A stretch of 50,050 nucleotides of DNA from Candidatus Bathyarchaeota archaeon. GTDB lineage: Archaea; Thermoproteota; CALKCG01; B24; JAGTQN01. Each line of letters starts with the position of its first letter. The stretch's first letter is position 1. This document shows, piece by piece, positions 29,676 to 39,318 of this stretch. The position numbers were made by a program, and so were the translations under genes. The notes beneath the pieces are model-generated. The model saw only the letters and a program-made list of their open reading frames with translations. It was not told the origin of the DNA and did no database searches. The stretch covers positions 1 to 50,050 of the forward strand of contig JAGTQN010000002.1 of assembly GCA_018396395.1 (NCBI GenBank), read 5' to 3'.

Positions 29676-30119
29676 CTATAACCTTGCTGGACTGGGGAAA
29701 AAGACGGACCTTAAAATCCTACGGATTTCCTGATCCACATATCCTTCCAAGTGGCGGGCTATATCTGCAGCGTTAATAATTCCGTACAGGATTTCCCCTC
29801 TAGCCACAGCCAGGCGCCGGATCCTATGCCTTTCCATAAGTTTTGCCGCCTCCATGAGGTCGGCGTCAGGATCGATTGTTATGAGGGGCATCGACATGAT
29901 CTCTCTAACCCTAACGCTATTGGGATCCAAACCCTCCCCTGCCACCTTGTACGTAATATCCCTTTCCGTTACCATTCCTATGGGCCTTGATTGGGTCAAA
30001 ACTATGGCGCAACCTGAAACCTTTCCTCGCATGAGCTTGGCTGCTTCCTTTACCGAAACTCCTTCATCTACGACTACCATATCCCTATTCATAGCATCTG
30101 AAACCTTCAAGGTCTCCAC
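29676..30119 (-). CDS. CBS domain pair protein
   Basis: Two CBS repeats (VSDAM...VVVDE...IGMVTERDI and ...IRRLAVARGEILYGIINAADI). Confidence 0.8.
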   Translation of the reverse strand: METLKVSDAMNRDMVVVDEGVSVKEAAKLMRGKVSGCAIVLTQSRPIGMVTERDITYKVAGEGLDPNSVRVREIMSMPLITIDPDADLMEAAKLMERHRIRRLAVARGEILYGIINAADIARHLEGYVDQEIRRILRSVFFPSPARL

Positions 30120-30189
30120 ATGCCTTTTTCTATGACCTGGGATAAAAGCTGTAAGGCTTTTTGGTGAGGGGGAAGGTTTCTAAGGAATT

Positions 30190-30759
30190 CTAAGCCTTCC
30201 ACCATTTAAACATTAGGTACTCAATCCGCTTCAATTGATGCCTTCTAATCGCTATAATGAAACGCTTCCTAACCGTTGTTGCGAGGCGGCCAGCCCTGAC
30301 GATCTCGGTGGCTGAAACCTTATCTTCTGGCCTCCTCACTTGAATCATGAAGGGGGCATGATCGATGCCAGGTCCCTGCTTGTAAACTGCAAAATCGCAA
30401 CCGAACTTTATCCCTGACGTGACTACATAACCCTTTTCCCGAAGATCCTTGTAAACCTCATATCGATCCTCAAAATTTTCGTCGAACCCGGAGGCAATTT
30501 TCTTAAGTCTCCTCTTAGGAATGGACTTACCTGTGAGCTGATCAAGAACTTTTATGATACCCTTCTCTTGGAGGTATAACCCTTCCATGGCATCGAGGAT
30601 TAGGGGAACGTCAAACTCCGGGCTCTTGGGCTTTGGTATTCCTACGGGCTTTCCATAATAGCCTTTTCTATAGATCTCAGATCCTTCCGATGGATTCCAA
30701 ATGATGAGGCGATTTCCCAAAAGACTTGCTGTAATTTTCCTTTCCCTTCGATTTTTCAA
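30190..30759 (-). CDS. endA: tRNA-splicing endonuclease
   Basis: GYYGKP N-domain motif and catalytic C-domain YKDLREKGYVVTSGIKFGCDFAVY...HAPF. 189 aa, TTG start. Confidence 0.85.
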   Translation of the reverse strand: MKNRRERKITASLLGNRLIIWNPSEGSEIYRKGYYGKPVGIPKPKSPEFDVPLILDAMEGLYLQEKGIIKVLDQLTGKSIPKRRLKKIASGFDENFEDRYEVYKDLREKGYVVTSGIKFGCDFAVYKQGPGIDHAPFMIQVRRPEDKVSATEIVRAGRLATTVRKRFIIAIRRHQLKRIEYLMFKWWKA

Positions 30760-30820
30760 GGATTTATGCCTCCAGAAAGGAGTGGCATTTTTGGCGTTGA
30801 ACTGTAAAGTAGGAGGGAGG

Positions 30821-31495
30821 TTAGATGGTCATGGCGATGATTTGGGCCGAATCGACAGCATCCTCTGCTAAGTCAGCTGCATTCTCTAGGAGCATAGTGA
30901 TATCCCGAACTAAAAGAAGGCGACCGACATCCTTCTCGATGGTCAGAATCTTTAAGTCTGTTTCCCTATAGAGGTTATCGACCTTCATCTCCAGATCCTT
31001 TACAAGCTTGGCATTCTCGATGGCTTTGTAAGGATTCATACTCAGCGTGAGAAGGGTCTTCCTAAGCTCCGTTACTACTTGGAGAACGGCTAAAGAAAGC
31101 TCGCTTAGAGCCTTTCCGATTTGATTATCCACGACCTCTCGCAAGGCGGCTAGCGAAACGATCCTATGGCCGGCTCCCTCAAGACTATCCCCTATACTAG
31201 TTAGCTTAATAGCCATCTGTAAAACATCACTACGGTTGGAAAAGGCTGGACCGATTTGAACAAGGCCCTTCACGGTATTCCACTGAACCTCCCTTGCCTC
31301 CTTTCCGAGGGCACTCAGATTGTTGAAGGATTCCCTTAGGCGTTCTCCTTCTCCCTTTAAGTACATATCCATGAGGTTTGAAAGCTGCCTGGCCATGTCT
31401 TGTATAATCCGAGCGTGATCTTGACAAAGGGTCAGAATCTTACGCCTCGCCTGCTCATCGCTTTCGAAGGGGGTTACCATAAAGCGATCGCCCAT
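30821..31495 (-). CDS. DUF47/PhoU-like (TIGR00153 family) protein
   Basis: All-helical protein about 224 aa long, with a DUF47-like N-terminus. Start moved to the internal ATG at 31495 because the track start at 31588 overlaps the glyS 3' end by 26 nt. Confidence 0.6.
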   Translation of the reverse strand: MGDRFMVTPFESDEQARRKILTLCQDHARIIQDMARQLSNLMDMYLKGEGERLRESFNNLSALGKEAREVQWNTVKGLVQIGPAFSNRSDVLQMAIKLTSIGDSLEGAGHRIVSLAALREVVDNQIGKALSELSLAVLQVVTELRKTLLTLSMNPYKAIENAKLVKDLEMKVDNLYRETDLKILTIEKDVGRLLLVRDITMLLENAADLAEDAVDSAQIIAMTI

Positions 31496-31562
31496 TCTAA
31501 GGATTCCATCTAGAGATATGGCAAGGCCTCTTAAAAGCTTACAAGGAGGGACTATGGGCAGT

Positions 31563-33359
31563 CTAGGATTTCTCAATAGGGCGACCAAGTTCCTCGAAGC
31601 TTAAGTTACCTTCCAAATATCTTCGAATTCTATCCTCCATGGCCTCCATTCGAACCCTTACTTGACGCCATGTATCCCTATCCCTCAGGGTGACTGTTCC
31701 ATCCTCAAGGGTTTGATAATCGATGGTAGCGGCTAGAGGTATGCCCATCTCATCAGCCCTAACGTACCGTCTGCCTATCGATCCTGTCTCATCATACTCT
31801 ACCCTAAACCCCTTTTCTAGTAGCCAATGGTAAATTTTTTGGGCCCTCTCACAGAGGGAATCCTTAGTCATCAGGGGGAAGACGGCAATTTCGATGGGAG
31901 CTAGGTCCTTCGGAAGGCGTAGAATAACCCTTCCTTCCCGTTCCGTATAGGCGTACTCTAAGGTTGCATAAAGAAGGCGCTCACAACCAAAGCTAGGCTC
32001 GACGACGTGGGGAATGAAGCGCCTTCCACCCTCAACTCTACTTTCATGGATGATCTGGACATGCTCAGGAAGAATCCTGAAGCCTTCCACATCAATGTAT
32101 CCGACCTCCTCAAAGCCCCTTTTAACAACCTCTGGATCCATGGTTTCAAGCTTGCTGGCGATGAGGGGTGCGTGACCTTTAAAGCTCCTTCCCAGGTTTG
32201 CCTTGTCGATCTTCAGAGTCAAAGCGTCGACCATCTTAGGTCTCTCGTAAGCCTTGAAAACCCTCATGTCCTGACCGCTGAATTCCATATGCCTCCTAAG
32301 ATCATAGTCCGTCCTATAGTTATGTCCTGAAACCTCAACCCATCCGAAACGATCCAAGTAAACCTCCTGATCAAAGCCCTGGGCCGAATAGTGGGCCCTT
32401 TCCCACGGGAGCTTTTCTATGAATCTTTGGGACTCTCCAGGAATGCCTAGCTTTGAAAGGAATCTTTTGGCTAATGCCATAAAGTAGGCGAGCCATTCGA
32501 CTTTTACAAGACCCTTTTCTAAGATTTCCCTCACGGAAAGTTCGATAGGCTCTTCAGAGCCCTTGAGCCTTAAGGGCTCAGTAATAAGATTCAAAGTTTC
32601 ATCGTAAACCTCCGGCAAGAAAGGACAGCTTGGATCTTCAGGATCGAAGAAGAACTCGAATTCCATGATGGTGAACTCTCTAAGCCTTATCAGACCCTGT
32701 CTAGGAGATATCTCATTCCTTGCAACCCTCCCGATTTGGGCGATTCCGATGGGAAGCTTCCCCCTTGCCTGCTCGTAGACACGTTTGAAACTTGTGAACA
32801 TTCCTTGGGCAGCTTCTGGCCTAAGGTATCCTATGGCTTCGCTGTAAGGTCCTATGGTCGTTTGGAACATTGTAAGGAAGAGGGTTGGCTTCATCAACTC
32901 TCCACCACACTCTGGGCATGCGATTTTTCGTTCCGATATGGCCCTTTCTAGTTCCTGAAGGCTGAGACGTTCAGCCTCAGTTCCGGTTATCTCAAGGGAT
33001 TCTTTCACTATGTGATCGGCCCTAAACCTTCGCCCGCATGCCTTGCACTGAACCATCGGGTCCTTGAAACTTTCAAGATGCCCAGAAGCCTCGAAGACGC
33101 ACTTTGGTGCCGTCATGGGAGTCTCGATCTCGAACAAGCCTTGGCGCCTGATGAAGAAGTCCCTCCAAGCCTCCTCGATATTATGCTTCAGCTTAACTCC
33201 GAGGGGCCCTATGTCCATAAAGCCCCCTACACCGCCATAGATTTCATAGCTTCCCCAGAAGAGGCCCCTTCTCTTTGCCAGATCCTGAAGCTTCTCGTAT
33301 TTTCCTTCAGCAACCATTCTTATCAGACCTTGAAACATAGATCCTATTATCATGGGCAT
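31563..33359 (-). CDS. glyS: glycine--tRNA ligase (archaeal/eukaryotic-type class II)
   Basis: FWGSYEIYGGVGGFMDIGPLG and YLRPEAAQG motifs, plus a C-terminal anticodon-binding domain. The true start may be the ATG at 33317 (MVAEGKYEK...). Confidence 0.93.
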   Translation of the reverse strand: MPMIIGSMFQGLIRMVAEGKYEKLQDLAKRRGLFWGSYEIYGGVGGFMDIGPLGVKLKHNIEEAWRDFFIRRQGLFEIETPMTAPKCVFEASGHLESFKDPMVQCKACGRRFRADHIVKESLEITGTEAERLSLQELERAISERKIACPECGGELMKPTLFLTMFQTTIGPYSEAIGYLRPEAAQGMFTSFKRVYEQARGKLPIGIAQIGRVARNEISPRQGLIRLREFTIMEFEFFFDPEDPSCPFLPEVYDETLNLITEPLRLKGSEEPIELSVREILEKGLVKVEWLAYFMALAKRFLSKLGIPGESQRFIEKLPWERAHYSAQGFDQEVYLDRFGWVEVSGHNYRTDYDLRRHMEFSGQDMRVFKAYERPKMVDALTLKIDKANLGRSFKGHAPLIASKLETMDPEVVKRGFEEVGYIDVEGFRILPEHVQIIHESRVEGGRRFIPHVVEPSFGCERLLYATLEYAYTEREGRVILRLPKDLAPIEIAVFPLMTKDSLCERAQKIYHWLLEKGFRVEYDETGSIGRRYVRADEMGIPLAATIDYQTLEDGTVTLRDRDTWRQVRVRMEAMEDRIRRYLEGNLSFEELGRPIEKS

Positions 33360-33391
33360 GCATTCATCTTACATAATAACCTTAGCCTCGA

Positions 33392-33865
33392 TTATGATCC
33401 ATGGTTTAGTTCCTTCAGGGCGTAGGTAAAAAGATGCCTGAAGAATTTACCTGTTAGGGGCTTTCCCCTTCCAAGACCTGGGCACTCCTTCGTAAAGGAA
33501 AAAAGATAATCCTGACTACCGACTTGCTTAAGATAGAAGGGAAAGAATCGACAGACCAAGGGACGTAAATCGTATATAGAGCAAATATTTTTTCTCAGAA
33601 AAATACAGGAGCCATCCTCACGCTTTTTTAATATGTATTCATAAATTTGTTTTCCCGAATCCTCAGCAAAGTCATCAGGCTTTAATCCTGTTCGCTCAGA
33701 AATCCGCTGGACTTCCGATCTAAGGACAAGGATGAGGCGGGGTTTGTAAAATGAATCCTTACAACAGAGACCGCAACGAAGGCAGAGGAAGGAGATTCCC
33801 TCAGGGTATTGGATGGAAGGATTTAAGGGAGCTCTCCAAGAAACTGATGCTGAGACGGGGCTCAC
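33392..33865 (-). CDS. YkgJ-family CxxCxxCC zinc/iron-chelating domain protein
   Basis: CLRCGLCC motif and a second cysteine-containing half (CSIY...RPLVCRFFP). GTG start overlapping the rpoP stop. Confidence 0.65.
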   Translation of the reverse strand: MSPVSASVSWRAPLNPSIQYPEGISFLCLRCGLCCKDSFYKPRLILVLRSEVQRISERTGLKPDDFAEDSGKQIYEYILKKREDGSCIFLRKNICSIYDLRPLVCRFFPFYLKQVGSQDYLFSFTKECPGLGRGKPLTGKFFRHLFTYALKELNHGS

Positions 33866-34047
33866 CTAGCCTTCACGACCTTCACAACTGGAGGGCGCAT
33901 TTTCTTTAAAACCCTATATCCGCAGTTCGGGCATTTAATCTCCGGGCTTGTGGCTATATGCCTATATGGAATCGTTTCACCACACTTGATGCATATGTAG
34001 CTTACGGATTCTTCGCCTTCTTTAGGAACTTCCATGACAACACCCAA
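33862..34047 (-). CDS. rpoP: DNA-directed RNA polymerase subunit P (Rpo12)
   Basis: Zinc ribbon YICIKCGE...IKCPNCGYRVLKKMRPP. The track start is TTG; the ATG at MEVPKEG is an alternative. Confidence 0.8.
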   Translation of the reverse strand: MGVVMEVPKEGEESVSYICIKCGETIPYRHIATSPEIKCPNCGYRVLKKMRPPVVKVVKAR

Positions 34048-34729
34048 ATGCAGGGCGACTTTCCTTCAAAAAGGAATAGAAACCTATAAAGCTTCCGCGA
34101 GTCTTAGAAAGCGATAAATCCGAAATTAGAGAAGCGCCAATGCAAAAGGAAAAGGACCCTTGCCCCTCGGCTTCTGAAGCTTTAGGGGCAAGATCTTCAT
34201 CGTCCCCAAGGATTTCTCCTTTTGTACTAACTGAAAATAGGTTGAATTTTCTCCATGCTCTTCAGAGGGAAGGTTTCCAAGTAAGGATGCATGGTTACGA
34301 GTTTTTCGTGCGGAAAAGTCTCTTCGTTTGCGCCCTAAGTCTCTTACCTTGGAGTGGCATCGTCCTCATTAGGCTCATTCCTTGGAACAGGGAAGAATCT
34401 GAGGCTTCCATTATAAAGATGCTCAATATTTTAAGATCGATGGATCCCAATATAAAGCCTTGCATCCTAGCTTAGGAAATTCAGAGGAAAGGATATCAAA
34501 GGAAGAAATTTTCGTAACTTCGGCTTTGTAAGCCAGGTTCATGTCAAATTAAAACGAACCGAAAAGAAAAACCTTTGGTCCGATTGAAGCTTTGCGCATA
34601 GATTGAAAAGAGCATAGCGTTTCTTTCAAGGATCAAAGGTTTATTAAATTACGAAGATGATGAAAACAAGTTTTGGAAGATGTAATATTATTTCTCAAGA
34701 TCAAGAAATAAAGGAAGGTGGGATAAGCG

Positions 34730-35497
34730 GTGCGAACGAATTCGCCTGAATTTGACCTCACTTCAGAAGAGTTGGAGCTTTATGATAGGCAGTTAAGAAT
34801 GCCGAGCCTTGGAATCAAGGGCCAGAGGAAATTGAAGGAATCCTTAGCCGTGGTGGCTGGGATTGGGGGACTTGGATGCCCAGCCTCACTTTACTTGACC
34901 GCAGCAGGCTTTGGTCGAGTCAAGCTTATAGACAACGATGTCATCGAGCTTAGCAATTTGAATAGGCAGGTTCTACACTGGCACCATGACATTGGACGTT
35001 TCAAGGCTAAGTCAGCGGAGGATAAGCTTCGAAGGCTTAATCCCTTTGTTAAGGTGATGGGCATCGTAGCCAAGATTGATGAAAAGAATGTTGAAAGCTT
35101 AATTGAGGGGGCTGATGTGGTGATCGACGGCCAAGATAACTATAAGACGCGTTTTCTTTTGAACGATGCGTGTGTAAGGCATCGCATTCCCTTCATTCAT
35201 GCGGCCGTTCAGGGTGTTAATGGACAACTTATGACTATAATCCCTGGCAAGGGCCCATGTCTTCGATGCCTTTTCCCATCTCCCCCCATCGAGACTAAGC
35301 CCTTCCCTATCGTAGGGGCAACCTCAGCCTTGATGGCTGCCCTTCAGGTTCTTGAAGCCATAAAGGTCGTGGCAAAGATCGGTACACCTATGATCGGAAA
35401 ACTTCTGCTCTTTGAGGGAGAAGATACTAGATTTGAAGAAGTACCCATTATGCGCAATCCTGAATGTCCTGTCTGTGGTAAACTTGAGGAAGCTTAG
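34730..35497 (+). CDS. ThiF/MoeB/HesA-family E1-like adenylyltransferase
   Basis: YDRQL, the GIGGLGCP nucleotide-binding loop, D.D.IELSNLNRQ, and two CxxC pairs (CLRC, CPVC). Confidence 0.85.
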   Translation: MRTNSPEFDLTSEELELYDRQLRMPSLGIKGQRKLKESLAVVAGIGGLGCPASLYLTAAGFGRVKLIDNDVIELSNLNRQVLHWHHDIGRFKAKSAEDKLRRLNPFVKVMGIVAKIDEKNVESLIEGADVVIDGQDNYKTRFLLNDACVRHRIPFIHAAVQGVNGQLMTIIPGKGPCLRCLFPSPPIETKPFPIVGATSALMAALQVLEAIKVVAKIGTPMIGKLLLFEGEDTRFEEVPIMRNPECPVCGKLEEA

Positions 35498-35776
35498 CTC
35501 GGCTATCTTTCCGCGATAGAAGTCTTAAGGATCCGTTAGGAGAAGTCTTTCAGTTTGAAGAGTGGAAGAAAAAGTAATCATAGAATGGATTGGTGGTCCG
35601 ATGAACCGAACCTTCCGCCTTGAAAGGAGATTGTAGAGAATGATCATTCCAAAATCGTTAAAAACAACAATGCCCCTTACTTTTAGAATATTCCTTTAAA
35701 GCTTAAAGCCCTAAAGTTACTGAAACCAGTTTGGAAGGAATAGTAATTAATAAATAAAGTACGCTAGCAAAGGTAT

Positions 35777-36853
35777 TTGGGAGGCTATGCTTTGAACTCA
35801 AGGGAAAGAATACTTTTAGTTTTGAGGCATAAGGAGCCGGATCGAGTCCCAATCCATGACAGCCCTTGGGGAGCGACTGTGGACCGTTGGAGGGCAGAGG
35901 GGTTGCCTTCAGGGGTTTCAGCAGCCGATTACTTTGGCTATGAGATCTACGGCTTTGGTGCTGATACGACGCCCCAGTTTCCTATAGAGGTCTTGTATGA
36001 AAACGAAGAGTATATTGTCGAAAGGGATGCCTATGGAGGAATAAGAAAAAACCACCGCGACCGATCGACGACACCTGAGGTCATAGACTATCCCTGTAAG
36101 ACGCGTGGAGACTGGGAGAGGATCAAGGTAAGGCTCCAACCAAGCGATCGAAGGGTAGACTGGGTAAGCGGGCTTCAAGCCCTGCATCGTGAACGAAGTA
36201 GGGGGCGCTTCATCACTTACAACGCTGCTGTAGGTTATGACAAGATTCAAAACTATGTCAGGTCCGTGGAGCTATTGAAAGCTATTATTCGGAGCCCAGA
36301 ATGGGTCATCGATATGTATGAAACGGATGCAAAGCTTGCGATGGATATGTGCGAAAGAATGATCCAAGGAGGGTTTGTCTTTGATGGGGCATGGCTCTTT
36401 TGCGACCTAGGCTATCGGAAGGGGCTTTTCTTCTCACCAAGGCATTATGAGGAGCAGCTTCATCCAGTTTTCAAGAAGCTTTGCGACTTCTTCCATAGCC
36501 GTGGGATGCCCGTATTCCTTCATTGCTGTGGCAATGTCAAGGATTTGGTCCCATACTTCATAGAGGAGGGTATAGATGTTCTTCAACCCCTCGAGGTGAA
36601 GGCAAGAATGGATCTTTTGGAACTGAAAGAAAAATATGGAGATAAGATGACCTTTATGGGAGGTATCGATGTCCGCCTTATGGCATCGGAGGACCCAAGC
36701 TTAATTGAGAATGAAATTAAGACGAAGATTTCGATTTCCAAGGTGGGAGGGGGCTATATATACCACTCCGACCATTCAGTGCCAAAGAATGTTAGCTTTG
36801 AGCAATACAAGCGAGTCATCCAGCTTGTCTTAAAATATGGGAGATATAGTTAA
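35777..36853 (+). CDS. uroporphyrinogen decarboxylase (URO-D/MtaA-like) family protein
   Basis: N-terminus SRERILLVLRHKEPDRVPI and the HCCGN motif are typical of the URO-D-like family. 358 aa. Function not assignable. Confidence 0.7.
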   Translation: MGGYALNSRERILLVLRHKEPDRVPIHDSPWGATVDRWRAEGLPSGVSAADYFGYEIYGFGADTTPQFPIEVLYENEEYIVERDAYGGIRKNHRDRSTTPEVIDYPCKTRGDWERIKVRLQPSDRRVDWVSGLQALHRERSRGRFITYNAAVGYDKIQNYVRSVELLKAIIRSPEWVIDMYETDAKLAMDMCERMIQGGFVFDGAWLFCDLGYRKGLFFSPRHYEEQLHPVFKKLCDFFHSRGMPVFLHCCGNVKDLVPYFIEEGIDVLQPLEVKARMDLLELKEKYGDKMTFMGGIDVRLMASEDPSLIENEIKTKISISKVGGGYIYHSDHSVPKNVSFEQYKRVIQLVLKYGRYS

Positions 36854-37000
36854 TGAAGCCTCCTGGATCGTTCGATATCGAAAGGGAAAAGTGAAATGGG
36901 TTTGCGAAGCATGATAATTGCTAGACTTTTTCCTCTTGCTCCAAAGTCTCTACTTTTAAATGAAACCTTTTCGAACTGTTGCTCGAATTTGCAAATTCCT

Positions 37001-37486
37001 TCAACTATAATAGACTCTAGGAGCCAATCCAACGCTATGATGAGCAAGACGAACAATTTGAAGGGCCTCATCCAATCTTTCGACTTCCACTAAGTAGAAA
37101 AGGTGTCCCTGGCAACCCTTTAAGCAGTCTGAGGAACCAAAGCCTCTTATAGGTAAAGCTTTGGAAGGATACCAAGCCTTTAAAGCAAGAGCTACCGAAC
37201 ATTCCATACGCTTCTCATTAGGCGAGGCGACAAAAGCAACTACTCTCACTCCTTCTGGGGAATTCAGAAGATAATCTATATGCCAAAAGGGCTTCTTTAC
37301 CCTTGATAAGTGCCTTCCAATACGTCCCCATAGACTTGTGGAACCCTTGCCGAGGGCTGAGCCCACATATACATAATAGCCTTTTTTGAATTCTATGTTT
37401 CCCAAAGCTCCGATCATGAGTTTTTGAGGAAGTTGAACCTCTATGATTAGAGAATAAGCTCCTCTTTCCATCTTTCCCTGCTCCAT
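37001..37486 (-). CDS. DUF123 (GIY-YIG-like) domain protein
   Basis: GYYVYVGSALG...LWGRIGRHL...KPFWHIDYLL matches the archaeal DUF123 signature. Confidence 0.65.
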   Translation of the reverse strand: MEQGKMERGAYSLIIEVQLPQKLMIGALGNIEFKKGYYVYVGSALGKGSTSLWGRIGRHLSRVKKPFWHIDYLLNSPEGVRVVAFVASPNEKRMECSVALALKAWYPSKALPIRGFGSSDCLKGCQGHLFYLVEVERLDEALQIVRLAHHSVGLAPRVYYS

Positions 37487-37663
37487 AGGACTCCGAACTT
37501 CTATGATAGAAACCTTTTCTTCTTTTACATTGTAACTATTCTTATAACTTTCCTAAAATGGCTGTCAACTTTCATAAGCTTTCTCGTAATACCTTTAGGT
37601 TCTAGGCTTTCTTTTACTTTATAAGGCTATTATTTATAAATATGAAAATTCTTCGTTGAGGCT

Positions 37664-38551
37664 ATGGAACCAGCCCTTGGTATGATCCTACCTTTCATAA
37701 CAGCGATTCTCTGGGGCTTTCACGCCTTGCTAGCTAAGAAAGGTATGGAAACTGGAGCGGTGGGAGGATTGGAAGGAGGTTTCTTTAGCCTTTGTTCTGG
37801 AGCCTTATTCACAGGCGCCTACTTAACGATCGATAGACCAACAATTTCCTTGACGCCAAGAAGTCTTCTAAACCTAGCCATAGCTGGAATCCTAAATTTC
37901 GCCTTAGGAACCATCGCGTATTTCCAAGCAATAGATATCTCTGGGGTTTCTAGGGCAACAGTTCTTTCGAGCGTAAGGCCCTTTTTCGCTGCCATCTTTG
38001 CCATTCTTCTATTAGGTGAACAGATGACAGAATGGATCGTATTCGGAACGATCCTTATTGTCTTAGGAATTTCGACAATCACTGGATTAAGGGGATTCTT
38101 AAAAAAGAATGATGGAAAGATGTTTAAATTAAAGGGCGATGCCCTCGCTTTATTGGCTTCCCTTTTCTTCGGCCTTAACCCGATCTTTATAAAAAAGGGT
38201 ATGGAAGGATTTGAAAATCCTTTCTTTGGAGTCTTCATTGCCATGGCATCGGGAGCCTTTGCCTATTTTCCCTTCCTTTTAATACGGAGAAAGGGTTTTA
38301 GGCATATTGGACTTGCCAGAGGAACCTCAGCCCTTTTCCTTGGATTGGCAGGCATAGCCAGTGCCTCGGCCAATTTCGCCTACTATAGTGCCCTTAGGCT
38401 CGTACCTGTGACGGTCGTTCTTCCTATATCTAATATTTATCCTTTTGTTGCGGCAGGACTGAGCATTTTAATATTAAATGAAAGAATAACGATTGGCTTT
38501 CTTATAGGCTCCTTTATGATCTTCATAGGGGTATTCTTAGTTACCATCTAG
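37664..38551 (+). CDS. EamA/DMT-superfamily transporter
   Basis: About 10 predicted TM helices in two similar halves. 295 aa. Confidence 0.75.
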   Translation: MEPALGMILPFITAILWGFHALLAKKGMETGAVGGLEGGFFSLCSGALFTGAYLTIDRPTISLTPRSLLNLAIAGILNFALGTIAYFQAIDISGVSRATVLSSVRPFFAAIFAILLLGEQMTEWIVFGTILIVLGISTITGLRGFLKKNDGKMFKLKGDALALLASLFFGLNPIFIKKGMEGFENPFFGVFIAMASGAFAYFPFLLIRRKGFRHIGLARGTSALFLGLAGIASASANFAYYSALRLVPVTVVLPISNIYPFVAAGLSILILNERITIGFLIGSFMIFIGVFLVTI

Positions 38552-38600
38552 GAAGGGAGCTACGAAATCTTTAAGTAATTTTTGATCGCAAATGCAGTGA

Positions 38601-38677
38601 GCCCTGGTGGTGCAGCCCGGTTAACATCGTCGGCTGTCGCCCGACGGACGCGGGTTCAAATCCCGCCCAGGGCGCCA
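38601..38677 (+). tRNA. tRNA-Asp (anticodon GTC), genomically encoded CCA, no intron
   Basis: Hand-folded cloverleaf. Acceptor GCCCTGG/CCAGGGC, anticodon stem GTCGG/CCGAC with loop CTGTCGC (GTC at 38636-38638), T-arm GCGGG-TTCAAAT-CCCGC, discriminator G, CCA at 38675-38677. Confidence 0.93.
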
Positions 38678-38720
38678 ATAAAATTTTAAATTGGATTGCT
38701 GAAATTTTAGGCGTGGTTGT

Positions 38721-39269
38721 ATGGTTAAGATAGATAGGGTCTGTAGTTATTTTGTGGAGCCTGGTCCTGAGAACACGGAAGACGTGATAAAGGCTGTTGC
38801 CAGAAGGCTTGAAGTAGGAGATGTTAGGACTGTGGTTGTGGCGAGCACTTCTGGAAATACGGGTGCGAAGTTTGCGGAAGCACTTAAGGGGAAGGTTAAA
38901 GTTGTAGCAATCTCGCATGAGAAAATGGAAGCTGGACTTAAAGATAGGATAGTTAAGCTTGGAGGCATTGCCGTTGACGAGACTCACCTACCCCTTCATG
39001 AAAGGGGGATGGATAAGGTGAGGAATGCCTTCTACAGCTTAGGTCAAGGCTTCAAGGTTGCCGTTGAAGTGATCTTAATAGCTACCGATAAAGGGGTCAT
39101 AAAGCCATACGAGGATGTCATAGGGGTTGCAGGTAGTGGGGAAGGAAGTGACACGGCAATAGTGGCTAGGTCAACGACCACAAAAGAGATCTTCGGCAAG
39201 GACCCAGGTAAAAAGCTTGAGATAAGGGAAATAATAGCCATGCCTTTAAAGAAGAAATGGTGGGATTAA
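38721..39269 (+). CDS. pyruvate kinase C-terminal (alpha/beta) domain-like protein
   Basis: YFVEPGPENTEDVIKAV...VVVASTSGNTGAKFAEAL resembles the stand-alone archaeal PK_C-like family. 182 aa. Confidence 0.6.
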   Translation: MVKIDRVCSYFVEPGPENTEDVIKAVARRLEVGDVRTVVVASTSGNTGAKFAEALKGKVKVVAISHEKMEAGLKDRIVKLGGIAVDETHLPLHERGMDKVRNAFYSLGQGFKVAVEVILIATDKGVIKPYEDVIGVAGSGEGSDTAIVARSTTTKEIFGKDPGKKLEIREIIAMPLKKKWWD

Positions 39270-39300
39270 CCTCAAAATAAGTTTGATAAAGAACCCCTTA

Positions 39301-39318
39301 CTTTCTTTTATTTTCTTC
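39301..39318 (+). terminator. putative oligo-T archaeal terminator
   Basis: CTTTCTTTTATTTTCTTC lies 32 nt after the stop of 38721-39269. Archaeal termination at T-tracts is established, but this site is unverified. Confidence 0.3.

Noticed and set aside
34140-34475. A 111-aa plus-strand ORF between rpoP and the ThiF-like gene.
   Set aside because: Its composition does not look protein-like, I saw no ribosome-binding site or recognisable family, and it contains the 34159-34192 hairpin. It is not reported as a CDS, only as part of a finding.
38571-38987. A 138-aa minus-strand ORF.
   Set aside because: It runs straight through the tRNA-Asp gene and antisense into the PK_C-like gene, so it is an artefact of the open frame.
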